This document shows, piece after piece, positions 11,340 to 23,040 of a DNA stretch of 64,000 bases. The position numbers and the translations under genes were made by a program. Position 1 is the first letter of the stretch. Each line of letters opens with the position of its first letter. The notes beneath the pieces were generated by a model that was not told where the DNA came from, searched no databases, and saw nothing but the letters and a program-made list of their open reading frames with translations. Where the stretch lies: NCBI GenBank assembly GCA_963693365.1, contig CAVNZM010000007.1:3655962-3719961 (forward strand), written 5' to 3'. The stretch comes from Amoebidium appalachense (lineage: Eukaryota > Protista > Ichthyosporea).

Positions 11340-12627
11340 AGTCGCGCCATGTCGGGCTCCCGATCACATCAAAACCATATGTGATCGGTGAACAAGCAGT
11401 ATGATTCCTTAAAAATAGCAGTTAACTATCCAATAAGATCGCCACTCCGGGCTCATCATATAAAATGCAACCAATCAAGATGCGTATTTTGCACATTCCT
11501 ATTCTCTTAAATTTTAACAACGCACAGGGCCATCGCGACCAGGCACAAAACACGACACGTGTTCGTAAACGGCCGTGCGCCGCTGCATCCACACTCCACC
11601 ACATTTACGCACAAGGGGCGGCATGCACACCATTGCATAGAGCCAAACGCTGGCAACATGGCCGTGTTTGAGCCGTTGCCGTAGGACTAGTACAACACGA
11701 GTTATTAGTTTTGCGACATGGGCACTTTGTCAGGAAAAGCGAAATTTACTAAAGCGTCAAAAACTCTAGAAAAACATAAGAATACCAATAGGCCGCACGA
11801 ACTTCATGCTGTCTTCTTCCACCATGACGAGCAGCACCAACACCCTGCTCTAGTGTCCTCTACCATGCCGAGCAGCACCAACACCCTGCTCTAGTGTCTT
11901 CTACCATGCCGAGCAGCACCATCACCCTGCTCTAGTGTCTTCTACCATGCCGAGCAGCACCATCACCCTGCTCTAGTGTCTTCTACCATGCCGAGCAGCA
12001 CCAACACCCTGCTCTAGTCTTCTACCATGCCGAGCAGCACCAACACCCTGCTCTAGTGTCTTCTACCATGCCGAGCAGCACCATCACCCTGCTCTAGTGT
12101 CTTCTACCATGCCGAGCAGCACCTACACCCTGCTCTAGTGTCTTCTACCATGCCGAGCAGCACCAATACCCTGCTCTAGTGTCTTCTACCATGCCGAGCA
12201 GCACCAACACCCTGCTCTAGTCTTCTACCATGCCGAGCAGCACCAACACACTGCTCTTCTTTCTTTCTTTTCCACCATGCAGAGCAGCACGAACACACTG
12301 CTTCGTCTTATTGTATTGTTTCTAACTTTCCGAACATTTTTTCTTGCTTATACCCTTTTATTTTCCCCCGGGTCACTCCTGGCTAGGTGTTGGTTGAAGT
12401 GAGTTTGCTCAATCCCCACTAGCGTGACTGCGGCAACCCCGTGGGCTAAGAATTGCCAGAATATGTAGTGACAGTCGGGATTATGTATCCTGACTTATAG
12501 TTGCACTATGTAGAGAGCACATTCGTGTGTCTACTGTGGAAGACGTTAGCTCCCCTTAGGCAGTGCCTCCGGGAGTGAAACGGGATAAAATAAAATAAAA
12601 AAAAATAAATAAATAAAAAAAAAAAAA
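11340..12627 (+). mobile_element. Non-autonomous non-LTR retroposon (SINE-like or deleted LINE derivative)
   Basis: Flanked by a 15-bp TSD GCAAAAACGATTCAC (11325-11339 and 12628-12642). It ends in an A-rich tail and has no long ORF. Confidence 0.85.
11818..12302. repeat. 41-bp minisatellite, ~12 copies (CTACCATGCCGAGCAGCACCAACACCCTGCTCTAGTGTCTT)
   Basis: Read directly. The period is 41 (occasionally 39), and each unit contains the inverted pair GAGCAG/CTGCTC. Confidence 0.95.
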
Positions 12628-13064
12628 GCAAAAACGATTCACCGACTGTGACCGACAGTGAGTCTTGCTCTGTTTAACAATAGGTTAAAATGTCTGTTAT
12701 TGAAAGGATACTGCCAGTTATTGCGGTGGCTAGCCTTGCTAGAGACCTCGTTTTACGTCACCAACGTTCGTCCCTGGCATTCCCCACATATCTGAACACA
12801 TAATGAGTGTTAAAATTTGTCCTTGTCTATGCAGTACACGTTGTGCCTGCATGTCACCGAGTTTGTACATGTACATTTGATTGTTTTTATTAATGCATAT
12901 ATCGGAGTCCAGTATTGTTTCAATGATTATTATGGCATATATATGCAGTCTGAGGTTGTTATCATGCACCGTGTAGGGTTCCTCGTCCTCTGTCTTACCT
13001 GTGCAGCCCAAATTCATGTGCCAATTTTAACTGAGCATGTACACAAAATGACGCGTATGACACC

Positions 13065-13110
13065 CAAGGCCTCCTAAATAGCACATAGGTGTGCTATTTA
13101 GGAGGCCTTG
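13065..13110. mobile_element. 46-bp TIR-only remnant of a P-superfamily-like DNA transposon
   Basis: CAAGGCCTCCTAAATAGCACA + TAGG + its exact reverse complement, flanked by the 8-bp TSD ATGACACC. Confidence 0.8.
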
Positions 13111-14573
13111 ATGACACCGACCTTCGCCGGCATGCGTACTGTAGTAAAAATGTGCCCGCCGCGGCATGCGCTGTACCATTGGCTAGCTGATAGCCAATAA
13201 ATGATGCGAAATGCTCTGATTGGCTATTTCCTATATCGTATTTACGAAAATCACCTCCGGAGAGCCGATAGTAAAGGGTTAGGGAAATGAGTGAGTTCCC
13301 GTTAACCCCCAGTGTGGGTGTCGCGTTGCCTTTCCCCCTAAAACTCCGTTCAAAGAACCCACTTCAACACACGTATACTGTTATTTTGTGTGGGTAAACG
13401 GAGAAGCAGAGAGCACAGATGGGTGTTATGTAAAACACAACACAAAGACACACGGGAAAAACACAACCGGAGAGGAGGAACGATTTCTGGAACCATAGGA
13501 AGTGAATACGACTGCTTGTGATTTATTTCAAGATGAGGTCCCTTTTATACTTGGGAATGTGAAACGATAAACCAATCAAAAGAATGAAAACTATGAGTGT
13601 AAAATATATCGAATAAAATGTCTGTCGACATTTAGAATGTAAAACTCAATCCTCTAATGAAAGAAACTTCTAATAAAAGCACGGAAACATTTAATAAAAT
13701 GAAACCACTTATGTAACTATTAATTCATAACATATATTTATACATGTTCTTATCATAACACGTCTAAATATAATTTTTCCTAATAGTTGAAGAACATAGC
13801 ACAATGCTACGTCGTGGGAAAGGAATGAGAAAGGAATGTAAGTTACTATATTTGGGAAAATACAAACGAGATATGATTGGATGACATATATAGATTTTGA
13901 CGCAAACGACAATACGTGTGCGCGAGCTAAGTATGTCGATACGTACACAGATCTAAGATGTCGTGTACACGGAAACGGAAAAGAAAGAAAGAAATGAAGA
14001 AAGGAAAAGGAAACAAACTACAACAACTAATAAATAAATACCAAACTCAACTTCTAAGTCTTGCTGAGAATTAAGTGAAGATGACATCCCCACTCAAGGG
14101 TTGGAAGTTGGGTTCTCGTGAAGTTTGTTGATGTGACTGTTGATGTTAAGACTTTCACACATGTAGAAGTAGGTGCCGTGAAGTCACAGTCAAGTTTCCC
14201 CACTCGAGAAGACAATGGAGAAGACTTGAAGGTGCAAGCCGGGGAAGAAAACCAAAACGGAAGAAGCACACAACGACGGTTGCCTCTGAAGACTCGGAAG
14301 ATGACGGTAGCCAATGACGTGATATATAAATATATATAGAAGAAACAACTAGTGTATGTGTGACGTGTTGGTGGCTAATGATAAATACATTATATATATG
14401 GTGGTATATAAATAAACGACGGATTGTGGAGAAGAAATCCCCACTGAAGATGCACACACTGAAGATCGATGAAGACAGCAGTAGACTTTCGTTGGGAGGT
14501 GTCTCTACACGGTGATGTGTAGACCACTGGCCAGGGCCCCAACCTACTTGAAGACCACTGTACTAGTAGATGA

Positions 14574-14625
<52 letters not shown>

Positions 14626-14626
14626 C

Positions 14627-16480
14627 TCAGTCACGAAGACTGAGTGAATCACGGTGTTGCTCGTGGGAGGGCCCGGGCAGGGGCTTGGTGAAGATGTCAG
14701 CCACGTTGTCTTTGCTGGACACGTAGGTGACGACCACATCCCCACTCTTGATGTAGTCCTTCGTGTTGTGGTAACGGACTGCAATGTGTTTGGTCCGGTG
14801 CTTGATGCTGTTGGTGTGCAGGAGGGCAATGGTGGACTGGTTGTCACAGTAGACGGGGGTGGGGTCGGTCATCGGGTAGCCGAGTTCACGGAGGAGATCA
14901 CGGTGCCAGATGACGTTTTGAACAGCAGCATTGATGGCCAGAAGCTCAGCCTCGGTGGTGGATGTTGCCGTGATGGACTGCAGCTTCGAATACCATGTGA
15001 TGGGTATGCCCTTGAAGAAGATGACGTATCCGGTGGTTGAACGACGGGTGTTGGGGCAGTTGGCAAAGTCAGCATCAGAATAACACTCCAGCAAGGGGGT
15101 GTTGTCGTCGGAAGCAGACTTGTCGTAGTGAAGGCCGAGGTTGGAAGTGCCGATGAGGTACCGAACTACACGGAGTAGACATTCCCATGCAAGTTTGGTG
15201 GGGTTGGCACTGAATCTACCGAGGTAGCCGATGGCAAAGGAGATGTCGGGCCGGGAACAACGAGCAACCCACAAAAGACGGCCGAGTAGTTCACGGTAGG
15301 GAACCTTGATGGGTGGTGAGTCGTTCTCGTTGATGGTGATGACGGTGCCGACGGGAATGGGAGTAGCCTTGGGGTGAGCATCGTTGAGGTTGAAGTCTCT
15401 GACGATGTCGTTGATGTAGGATTGCTGAAGCAGCTTGAGGTGACCGGGGGTGTGGATGAGCTGGGTGCCAAGGAAGATGTCGGGAAGGTCAACCTTGCAG
15501 AGAGCTGACTTCATGATGTGGTCTACTAGATCCTTGGTGTGGGAGGAGTTGGCCGTGCAGATGATGATGACGTCGTCCACATAGTTGCCAGTGAGGATGA
15601 TGTCACCGTTGGGGAAGGTCTTGATGTAGACACATGGATCTGAACGGAGACGTTCGAGACCGTGAGCAAGGAGGACCTTGTCGAAGTACTCATACCAGGC
15701 CAGTGATGCTTGCTTGAGTCCGTAGAGTGCCTTCTTAAGTTTCCAGACCTTGTGTTCGTTGCCGGGGGTGATGAAGCCAGGTGGTGGCTCAATGTAGATG
15801 TCTTCTTGAAGAGGACTGTTGAGGAAGGCAGTTGAGACGTCGAGTTGATGAATCTCATGGTTGCCGTCCACACCGATGGCAAGGAGGGCACGGACGGAGG
15901 AGGACATCACCACGGGGGAAGAGGTGTCACCGTAGTCAACACCGTAGACTTGAGTGAAGCCCTTTGCAACACCACGAGCTTTGATCTTGGTGTCACCGGC
16001 TGAGTTGAGGACTTTCTCAGTCACAATCCACTTGAACTTGATGATGTTGGCACCAGGGGGGGGATCAACAATGGTGAAGACATCCTTGGTGATGAAGGCT
16101 TGGTACTCGGAGGTGAGGGCAGCTATGACGGCATCACCGTTGGGACCGTTGCAAAGCTTTTGAATGCCCTTGGGGAGCTGGTCAATGTTGATGGTCGGTG
16201 CTACGATGCTGACCAGTGCCGTTGGAGTCTTGGTGAGACGTGTAGACCGACGAAGGTTGGGCTTGGGGGGGTCCTTGAGGGGGGTGGTGGCCGGGTAGGT
16301 GGTGGAGGCCGGGATAGGGGCATGGAAGCCAGGAATAGGACCGGTGGTGAGGGGGGCATCGGTGTCCACAGGGCTGCTCGTGGCCGAGTGGAAGGTGGGG
16401 GACCCAGGACGAACCGGAGTCATGTAGCCGGGTTGATGCACAGCAACGGGGGGGGCCGGCAGCAAGGGTTGTTGGCCAGT
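14627..16480 (-). CDS. Copia reverse transcriptase + RNase H
   Basis: KARGVAKGFTQ, QLDVSTAFLN, LKKALYGLKQA, YVDDV, YSDADFA, YCDNQS and ADIFTKPL. It is in the same frame as the upstream ORF, separated by two compensating shifts in C-runs. Confidence 0.97.
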   Translation of the reverse strand, partial: TGQQPLLPAPPVAVHQPGYMTPVRPGSPTFHSATSSPVDTDAPLTTGPIPGFHAPIPASTTYPATTPLKDPPKPNLRRSTRLTKTPTALVSIVAPTINIDQLPKGIQKLCNGPNGDAVIAALTSEYQAFITKDVFTIVDPPPGANIIKFKWIVTEKVLNSAGDTKIKARGVAKGFTQVYGVDYGDTSSPVVMSSSVRALLAIGVDGNHEIHQLDVSTAFLNSPLQEDIYIEPPPGFITPGNEHKVWKLKKALYGLKQASLAWYEYFDKVLLAHGLERLRSDPCVYIKTFPNGDIILTGNYVDDVIIICTANSSHTKDLVDHIMKSALCKVDLPDIFLGTQLIHTPGHLKLLQQSYINDIVRDFNLNDAHPKATPIPVGTVITINENDSPPIKVPYRELLGRLLWVARCSRPDISFAIGYLGRFSANPTKLAWECLLRVVRYLIGTSNLGLHYDKSASDDNTPLLECYSDADFANCPNTRRSTTGYVIFFKGIPITWYSKLQSITATSTTEAELLAINAAVQNVIWHRDLLRELGYPMTDPTPVYCDNQSTIALLHTNSIKHRTKHIAVRYHNTKDYIKSGDVVVTYVSSKDNVADIFTKPLPGPSHEQHRDSLSLRD

Positions 16481-16567
16481 GGGGGGGGGGGCTCGGGGGA
16501 GGGCACGGGTTCAACCGGGGCTGGTTGGTTGTGCCAGGACGGTTGGGAGATGACCACAGACGGAGTT

Positions 16568-18994
16568 TCATCGTCGTCGTCGGAGGGGGGGGTCCAATGT
16601 CGGCAGATCGGGTTTGGGGGGAACGGAGACCTGATTGGTGCTGCCCGTGAATTTCGACTCGTCGAAGATCACATCACGGCAGATCTTGATTTGGTTGCTG
16701 GCAAGGTCGAGGATCTTGTGTGCCTTGGAGGGTAGGTCCCAGCCGACGTAGGTGCCGACTCTGACGGTTGATGCCAGCTTGTTCCTCTTTGACCGGGGAA
16801 CATGGACATAGGCAGGGGAGCCGAACACGTGGAGCTGGGAGACGTCGGGTTTGAAGCCGTGGAAGGCCTCGAAGGGAGTGTTGCCGTTGGCAGCAGATGA
16901 CGGTGTGACGTTGATGATGTAGCTTGTATGCTTGAGAGCAGCAACCCACAACTTGGGAGAGAGAGGTTGGTCCTTGTCGGCATGGAGGAAGCAACGGACT
17001 GTCTCTTGCAGTTCTCTCATCTTCCGTTCAACAACACCATTGTGTTGTGGTGTGTCGACGGGGGCAAACTCCATGATGATGCCTTTCTGCTTGCAGTAGG
17101 CCTCGGTGTCCTTGGAGGTGAACTCAGAGCCGGAGTCAAACCGAAGATGGGTGACGATCTCAGGTGTCTGACGTTCGATGGTTTCAACGAGAGACTGAAT
17201 GTGGCTGAGGGTTTCACCACGGTTGTAAAGGGGGAACACGGTGGTGTAACCGGTGGCATCACAAACACACACCAGAGCAACCTTGTAGCCTCCGTAGGAA
17301 GCACAGGGAGCTTCGAAGAAGTCCAGGTGCCACTTAGCACCGGGAATGGTGAACTTGGAACGGGTGCCGGGAAAGGGGGCCTTGGTGGTCTTGCCAGACA
17401 TGCAGCCGAAGCAGTCACTGTTGTCGGGTGACTTGAGGGAGGGGGGCATGCCGATGACAAGCTCATCCTTGGCCATCCTGGTGACGGTGGAGAGGGCACG
17501 GTGGCCGAGACGGTTGTGCCAAAGGGTGAGGTCGTCGGGTGGGTGAGTCCTTGCTGTGTAGGCTTGGACCCCCGGGTGTTTAGGAGTCTCAATCACATAG
17601 TCAGTGATGTAGTAGAGACCGTCGAGGGGGGTGAGATCTGTAATAATGTCACCATTACGGCTGTAGAGGAACGACGGGTGGTTGTCTGTATCGTCACAAT
17701 GACCTAGGAGGCCGGCAGCTGATGCCATGGAGGTAGACACGAGGAAAGACGGTGCCTCGGGTACGTAGTAAGCATTGATGCTGCACGGTGTTGGGTGGCC
17801 GTTGTAGTGCAGTGTCATGTTGATGATGCCACGTTGTTTGGCATTGACTGTGCCGAGGCCGTGAATGGGGGTGGGAGGACACGGGGTAAGGGAGGAGAAA
17901 TACTCCTTGATGGGGCAGATGTGTGCATTACAAGCACTGTCCCAGACGGGGTCGTTACTGTCAGGTGTGCCGGTGGAGGAGATGAGTGCAAATTTCACAC
18001 TCTTGTCACCTTTCTCCTGCTTGGCACGACGAGCAACTGTGCAGCCAGGCTCCGGGCATGCTGTGATGTGGTGGGGCTCATGGCAGTAGGAACACTTCAC
18101 ACTGTTGGTGTTGTGCTGTCGGTTACGGTTGTCCCGGTTACCACGGTGGTAAGGGGAAGTTGAACGGGGGCCGGGTGACTTGGAGGGAGGACGAGGATCA
18201 CGGGAACGGGACGGGGAACGGTGAGGTGTATGCTCACGTCGAGGAATACGGTTACGGAGGTCACCGGGGGGAAGCACTCTGCTCTGGAGTGCACGGAGGG
18301 GACGGTTGTTGACGGTTGCACCTGTGCCTGCGTCGATGAGGCCGGCACGGATTTCAGCTCCTCGGATGTCACTGATGAGCATGTTGAAGGACGGGTAGGC
18401 CTTGTTGTTCATCCAGTAGTCGGAGCAGAGACGTTCAATGTCGGGGCAGACCAGGGCTGTGTTCTTCCGGATGTGGAGGAAGAACTTACGTACGACATCC
18501 TTGTGCTGGACGGGTTCGTCGAGGCAGGCAAGTGTCGTAGCCAGACGTTGGAGACGGGTGAGGTATGCTGTGACGTTGGGGTAGTCTCGTAGTTCAAGCT
18601 CCTCGAAGGTGACTTGAATCTGGGTGACTCGGGCCTCCTTCTCTGCTACATACGCCATACGTAGGTTGTGGAAGACTTCACCACCGTGGACACCGTCTTG
18701 CATCCGGCCGGAGTCGTAGAGCTCGGTCGGGTGGACGGACTGGTTGAGGATCTGGTCGAGGACGTCGGAAGCTTTCTTGTAGGAGTCCTTGGTGGTGTAG
18801 CCTAGCCACTGGTTGGCTTCAGCGCCGTCAACCCACTGTGGCCTCTTGATAGCGTCAACGAATTTCTCGGCAATGGTGGTTCTAATGAACCGGTGAATGA
18901 GTGGCTCCCACTCGAAATAATTAAGACGTTTCTCGTCTCGTTTCTCGGACGGATTCCATATTGGAAGGTTGATATACGACGGTTTGTCAGTCAT
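16568..18994 (-). CDS. Copia gag-protease-integrase part of the polyprotein
   Basis: Zn knuckle CSYCHEPHHITAC, protease WDSACNAHI, GAG-pre-integrase LWHNRLGH and CFGCMSGK. DDE core WHLDF / RFDSGSEF / GVVERKMR. Confidence 0.95.
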   Translation of the reverse strand: MTDKPSYINLPIWNPSEKRDEKRLNYFEWEPLIHRFIRTTIAEKFVDAIKRPQWVDGAEANQWLGYTTKDSYKKASDVLDQILNQSVHPTELYDSGRMQDGVHGGEVFHNLRMAYVAEKEARVTQIQVTFEELELRDYPNVTAYLTRLQRLATTLACLDEPVQHKDVVRKFFLHIRKNTALVCPDIERLCSDYWMNNKAYPSFNMLISDIRGAEIRAGLIDAGTGATVNNRPLRALQSRVLPPGDLRNRIPRREHTPHRSPSRSRDPRPPSKSPGPRSTSPYHRGNRDNRNRQHNTNSVKCSYCHEPHHITACPEPGCTVARRAKQEKGDKSVKFALISSTGTPDSNDPVWDSACNAHICPIKEYFSSLTPCPPTPIHGLGTVNAKQRGIINMTLHYNGHPTPCSINAYYVPEAPSFLVSTSMASAAGLLGHCDDTDNHPSFLYSRNGDIITDLTPLDGLYYITDYVIETPKHPGVQAYTARTHPPDDLTLWHNRLGHRALSTVTRMAKDELVIGMPPSLKSPDNSDCFGCMSGKTTKAPFPGTRSKFTIPGAKWHLDFFEAPCASYGGYKVALVCVCDATGYTTVFPLYNRGETLSHIQSLVETIERQTPEIVTHLRFDSGSEFTSKDTEAYCKQKGIIMEFAPVDTPQHNGVVERKMRELQETVRCFLHADKDQPLSPKLWVAALKHTSYIINVTPSSAANGNTPFEAFHGFKPDVSQLHVFGSPAYVHVPRSKRNKLASTVRVGTYVGWDLPSKAHKILDLASNQIKICRDVIFDESKFTGSTNQVSVPPKPDLPTLDPPLRRRR

Positions 18995-20335
18995 GATTGA
19001 AGCAGTAAGACTGAGAGATTTTCGCGGTTGTAGCGAGATTGTGTGTTAGCGTGCAAAGGGGCCGTAAACCTGTTATTTTGTGTGGGTAAACGGAGAAGCA
19101 GAGAGCACAGATGGGTGTTATGTAAAACACAACACAAAGACACACGGGAAAAACACAACCGGAGAGGAGGAACGATTTCTGGAACCATAGGAAGTGAATA
19201 CGACTGCTTGTGATTTATTTCAAGATGAGGTCCCTTTTATACTTGGGAATGTGAAACGATAAACCAATCAAAAGAATGAAAACTATGAGTGTAAAATATA
19301 TCGAATAAAATGTCTGTCGACATTTAGAATGTAAAACTCAATCCTCTAATGAAAGAAACTTCTAATAAAAGCACGGAAACATTTAATAAAATGAAACCAC
19401 TTATGTAACTATTAATTCATAACATATATTTATACATGTTCTTATCATAACACGTCTAAATATAATTTTTCCTAATAGTTGAAGAACATAGCACAATGCT
19501 ACGTCGTGGGAAAGGAATGAGAAAGGAATGTAAGTTACTATATTTGGGAAAATACAAACGAGATATGATTGGATGACATATATAGATTTTGACGCAAACG
19601 ACAATACGTGTGCGCGAGCTAAGTATGTCGATACGTACACAGATCTAAGATGTCGTGTACACGGAAACGGAAAAGAAAGAAAGAAATGAAGAAAGGAAAA
19701 GGAAACAAACTACAACAACTAATAAATAAATACCAAACTCAACTTCTAAGTCTTGCTGAGAATTAAGTGAAGATGACATATACACACAAGGGACACAACA
19801 GTCTGGGGGGGGGGGGGGGGGGGGGGGGATGCCATAAAAATTAGACTTGTGTGTTGTCAGTGTCAGCATTAATTTTCTGTAATGTATATGCGCCGTATAG
19901 GCGGATCCCCCTTGACCACGTACTATCACATATACATCTGATCGACTATACTTATGTGTACACCTGCCGGCTTTCTGTTTGCGTCTCTGTTATTCGCCAT
20001 AATCAGCCATAATTACAGCAAGTTAGCAAAGTTTTTTAACACATAATGTTACATTTAACCAACATAAAGCCTCCTCATACGTTTACCAAACTACCCCCGC
20101 TACGCACACATCATGCATATATATGTAGCTAGCGTATATGTAGCCTACTAGAGGTCAGCCGCGGCTCAAGAAATTGTTCCAAGTCCTTTTTTAATGAAAT
20201 TTAATTTTTTTTAATGCATAATGTCTTTGCCGTCGACGCAACTAGCGCTAGCCCGCAATGTTCTATAGTAGACTTGTAGAGTTAAAGCAGTTATTGTCCG
20301 TTTCTCTTCGGAAAGCATAATACTAGGAACCCAAC

Positions 20336-20671
20336 ATGGATATCCTTGATGTAAACTTGGCAGAAGACCAGCTTGACCGTGGCATACAGGTGAGGTTTTG
20401 TGGGGATAGCTGGGGCATACAGTTGTATGCATGTCACCGATGTACCCATTCTTCACAGTGTCACTCTAAGCAACAAGTGTTTTCTTCCTCCTGCAGAATA
20501 CACACTATTGCGACGTGAAACTGTTGACTAAGAACACGCGCGGGTTTGTAAAGGCTACATATATAACTAGCGCACACCACACACCCACACCCGCACACAC
20601 GCACACACTCGCCAACACAGACACACACACACACACACACACGTTGCAGCACACACACACACACACGTTGC

Positions 20672-20746
<75 letters not shown>

Positions 20747-20753
20747 ACGCACA

Positions 20754-20826
<73 letters not shown>

Positions 20827-21573
20827 ACAAACACACACACAAACACACACACACGCACACGTATGTCCAGACGTTTAGCACTTGTGCTGAAATTACATCT
20901 CGGGCAGAAACAGGCACACCCACAAACACACAAACCACAAAAGGTCGGTTGCAAGCAGGGATCGTACAGCACCATAGGCATGCGTGTCCTCCAGAACACA
21001 GCAGACTTATGTTCGTTTTTGATCACCGAGACTGAAATGCACACTTTGATGTGTTTGCTATTCATGTTCCAGGCACAACTGTGTACTCTGTCTCATCATT
21101 CACTCAGGGGCGCTGTTTTCTGTGTCCACCTTAACAGGCCTGGCGGGCTGCTTTAAGACCGAACCGGGAAGGCAAGTTTGAGGAGATGAAAGGATTGGAC
21201 CATTATCGGGATGAGGACAAGTCGTGCACGGAGGAGGGTGCACGATCCTTTTTGGCCCAGTTTGCTTCTCGCCCTAAGGGGGTGGCTTTCAACACCTCCG
21301 TTTATTCCGACTTCGGTGACGCCCGAGACATTATTGGGTGGGGTCACAAGCGACCATTGGACCATTTGGGGTAAATTTGGCTCGCTTTTTCTTTTCTTTG
21401 ACGACTACGGCTTCTCCAAGCAGTTTCGGCAAAAAGAGCAGAAGGGGAAGGACGACCTGCCATTCGAAAACAAGCTTTGCCCCAATGTCGCTAATTTTTT
21501 CAGGCCTGTGTCCACTGAGGTCGGTGATGTAGTAAGAGCAATCAGTGACGGCTTGGTTGTTCGCTACCTCAAG
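20336..21573 (+). CDS. Uncharacterised multi-exon gene (partial model)
   Basis: Phase-compatible GT-AG exons at 20336-20389, 21138-21370 and 21504-21573 (MDILDVNL...; [19 protein letters not shown]...; [23 protein letters not shown]). No domain was recognised. Confidence 0.45.
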
Positions 21574-21870
21574 GTTTTACCCCGTCCAGCCCCCCCCCCC
21601 CCCCCCCCTCCCCCCCCCCCCAAATCAACCCCATTCACCCCCTCATCCCCCCCTCTAGCCCCCCCCCCCCCCCTCCCCGCCGCGACCATTAAAATAACAG
21701 ACTCACAAGCACATCTGGTGTTGACAAGTAGCTCTCCATTTCAACCCCCCCTCCCCCCCCCCTCTTTCACACCTCCCTGCCCGATTTCCACCATACAACT
21801 TTTCTGTTGTGACCATGTGTGTACCCTAGTATGTGTATGTATAAGTGTTTGTGTGTGTGTGTGTATGTGT

Positions 21871-21906
<36 letters not shown>

Positions 21907-22090
21907 GTGTGTGTGTGTGTCCGTGTGTGTATGAGTCTGTGTGTGGGTGTTGGGGGGGGGGGGGGGGGGGAGGGGGGGGGGGGGAGAAGGGAGGGGCTGG
22001 GGTGGTGAGTGCCCATGCGTGCGCGCTGGTATTCGCGTCTGTCTGTGTGGGTGTGCCTGTGTGTGCGCCGGTGTGTGCCCGTGTGTGTGT

Positions 22091-22142
<52 letters not shown>

Positions 22143-22844
22143 TTACTTATCTCACTCCCCCCCCCCCCACCCCCCAAACCCTTTTCCCTAAATTTGCTTT
22201 TTCTGCTTCCACCTCTCGCCCTCCATGTCTCTCTCTCTCTCCTCCCTTTCTCTCTCTGTGCGTGTGTGTGTTCGAGCATACACACATGAACACCTAAGGG
22301 CGGGCAAAATGGGTGGCAGGGTCCTTGGGTTGGGCGGGAAAATCATTGTCGATGCGAGATGCAATGCGAATTATTATGTCGGTACAAGCAATGCGTGATT
22401 TACTAATGCAGGGATTTTAAAGCGGCGAACTTAAAAGACTTAGTGGAAGCAAGCCGGGGCTCTCCGCATATGTGCTGCTCCGCGCGTCTGGGTATATAGA
22501 CACGCTTTCGAGATGCTTTTGAGGGAATAGGTAAAGGTGGTATTGTGCAGTAACATATAAAGAAGGTTGATGTACTGCATTACAGGTGTATACATGTGCG
22601 TAGAAGGGAAAGTAGGGGCCTTGAAGGCGAGATTAGAAGTGGGAGAGGGCTACGCCGGCATGTGTGCGGGCTATATGAGGCGGTTCTCCCTAAAACTCTA
22701 GGGTGATTCTACCGAGAGTATGCCAAATCGGAAAATGCTTTCGTAAATACGATATAAAAGAGATCCCTATCGTATTTACAAAAAATAAAAGCCCGCGGCG
22801 TGTTTGCCATGCCATGGGATCGTATACGTATTTAGGCCGTAAAT

Positions 22845-22899
22845 CAAGGCCTCCTAAATAGCACACTCCTAAATAGCATGTGCTATTTAGGAGGCCTTG
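22845..22899. mobile_element. Second TIR-only remnant of the same P-like family (55 bp)
   Basis: Same 21-bp TIR pair with the 13-bp filler CTCCTAAATAGCA. The 8-bp TSD is CCGTAAAT/CCCTAAAT (1 mismatch). Confidence 0.8.
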
Positions 22900-23040
22900 C
22901 CCTAAATACGAATACGATAAAAAACCGTATTTAGCGCGCTACCAAACAGGCCCTAACCATTAAATGCAGCCTACACAATGATTGCACTAGGGGGCACTAC
23001 CGCCCATGTCTGCTGTCCATGCACTCCGGCTATCCTACTA

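Larger units (their letters stand above)
13379..19778 (-). mobile_element. Full-length Ty1/Copia LTR retrotransposon, recent insertion
   Basis: 708-bp LTRs at 13379-14086 and 19071-19778 (TG...CA) look identical. 5-bp TSD TATAC. Domain order is gag-PR-IN-RT-RH. Confidence 0.97.

Noticed and set aside
11818-12302. 41-bp repeat array as a CRISPR array
   Set aside because: The units are contiguous with no unique spacers, there are no cas genes, and the context is eukaryotic.
16480-16595. Programmed frameshift or readthrough between Copia IN and RT
   Set aside because: The two ORFs share a frame. One extra and one missing C in two homopolymers restore a continuous Pro-rich linker, so sequencing error or slippage is more likely.
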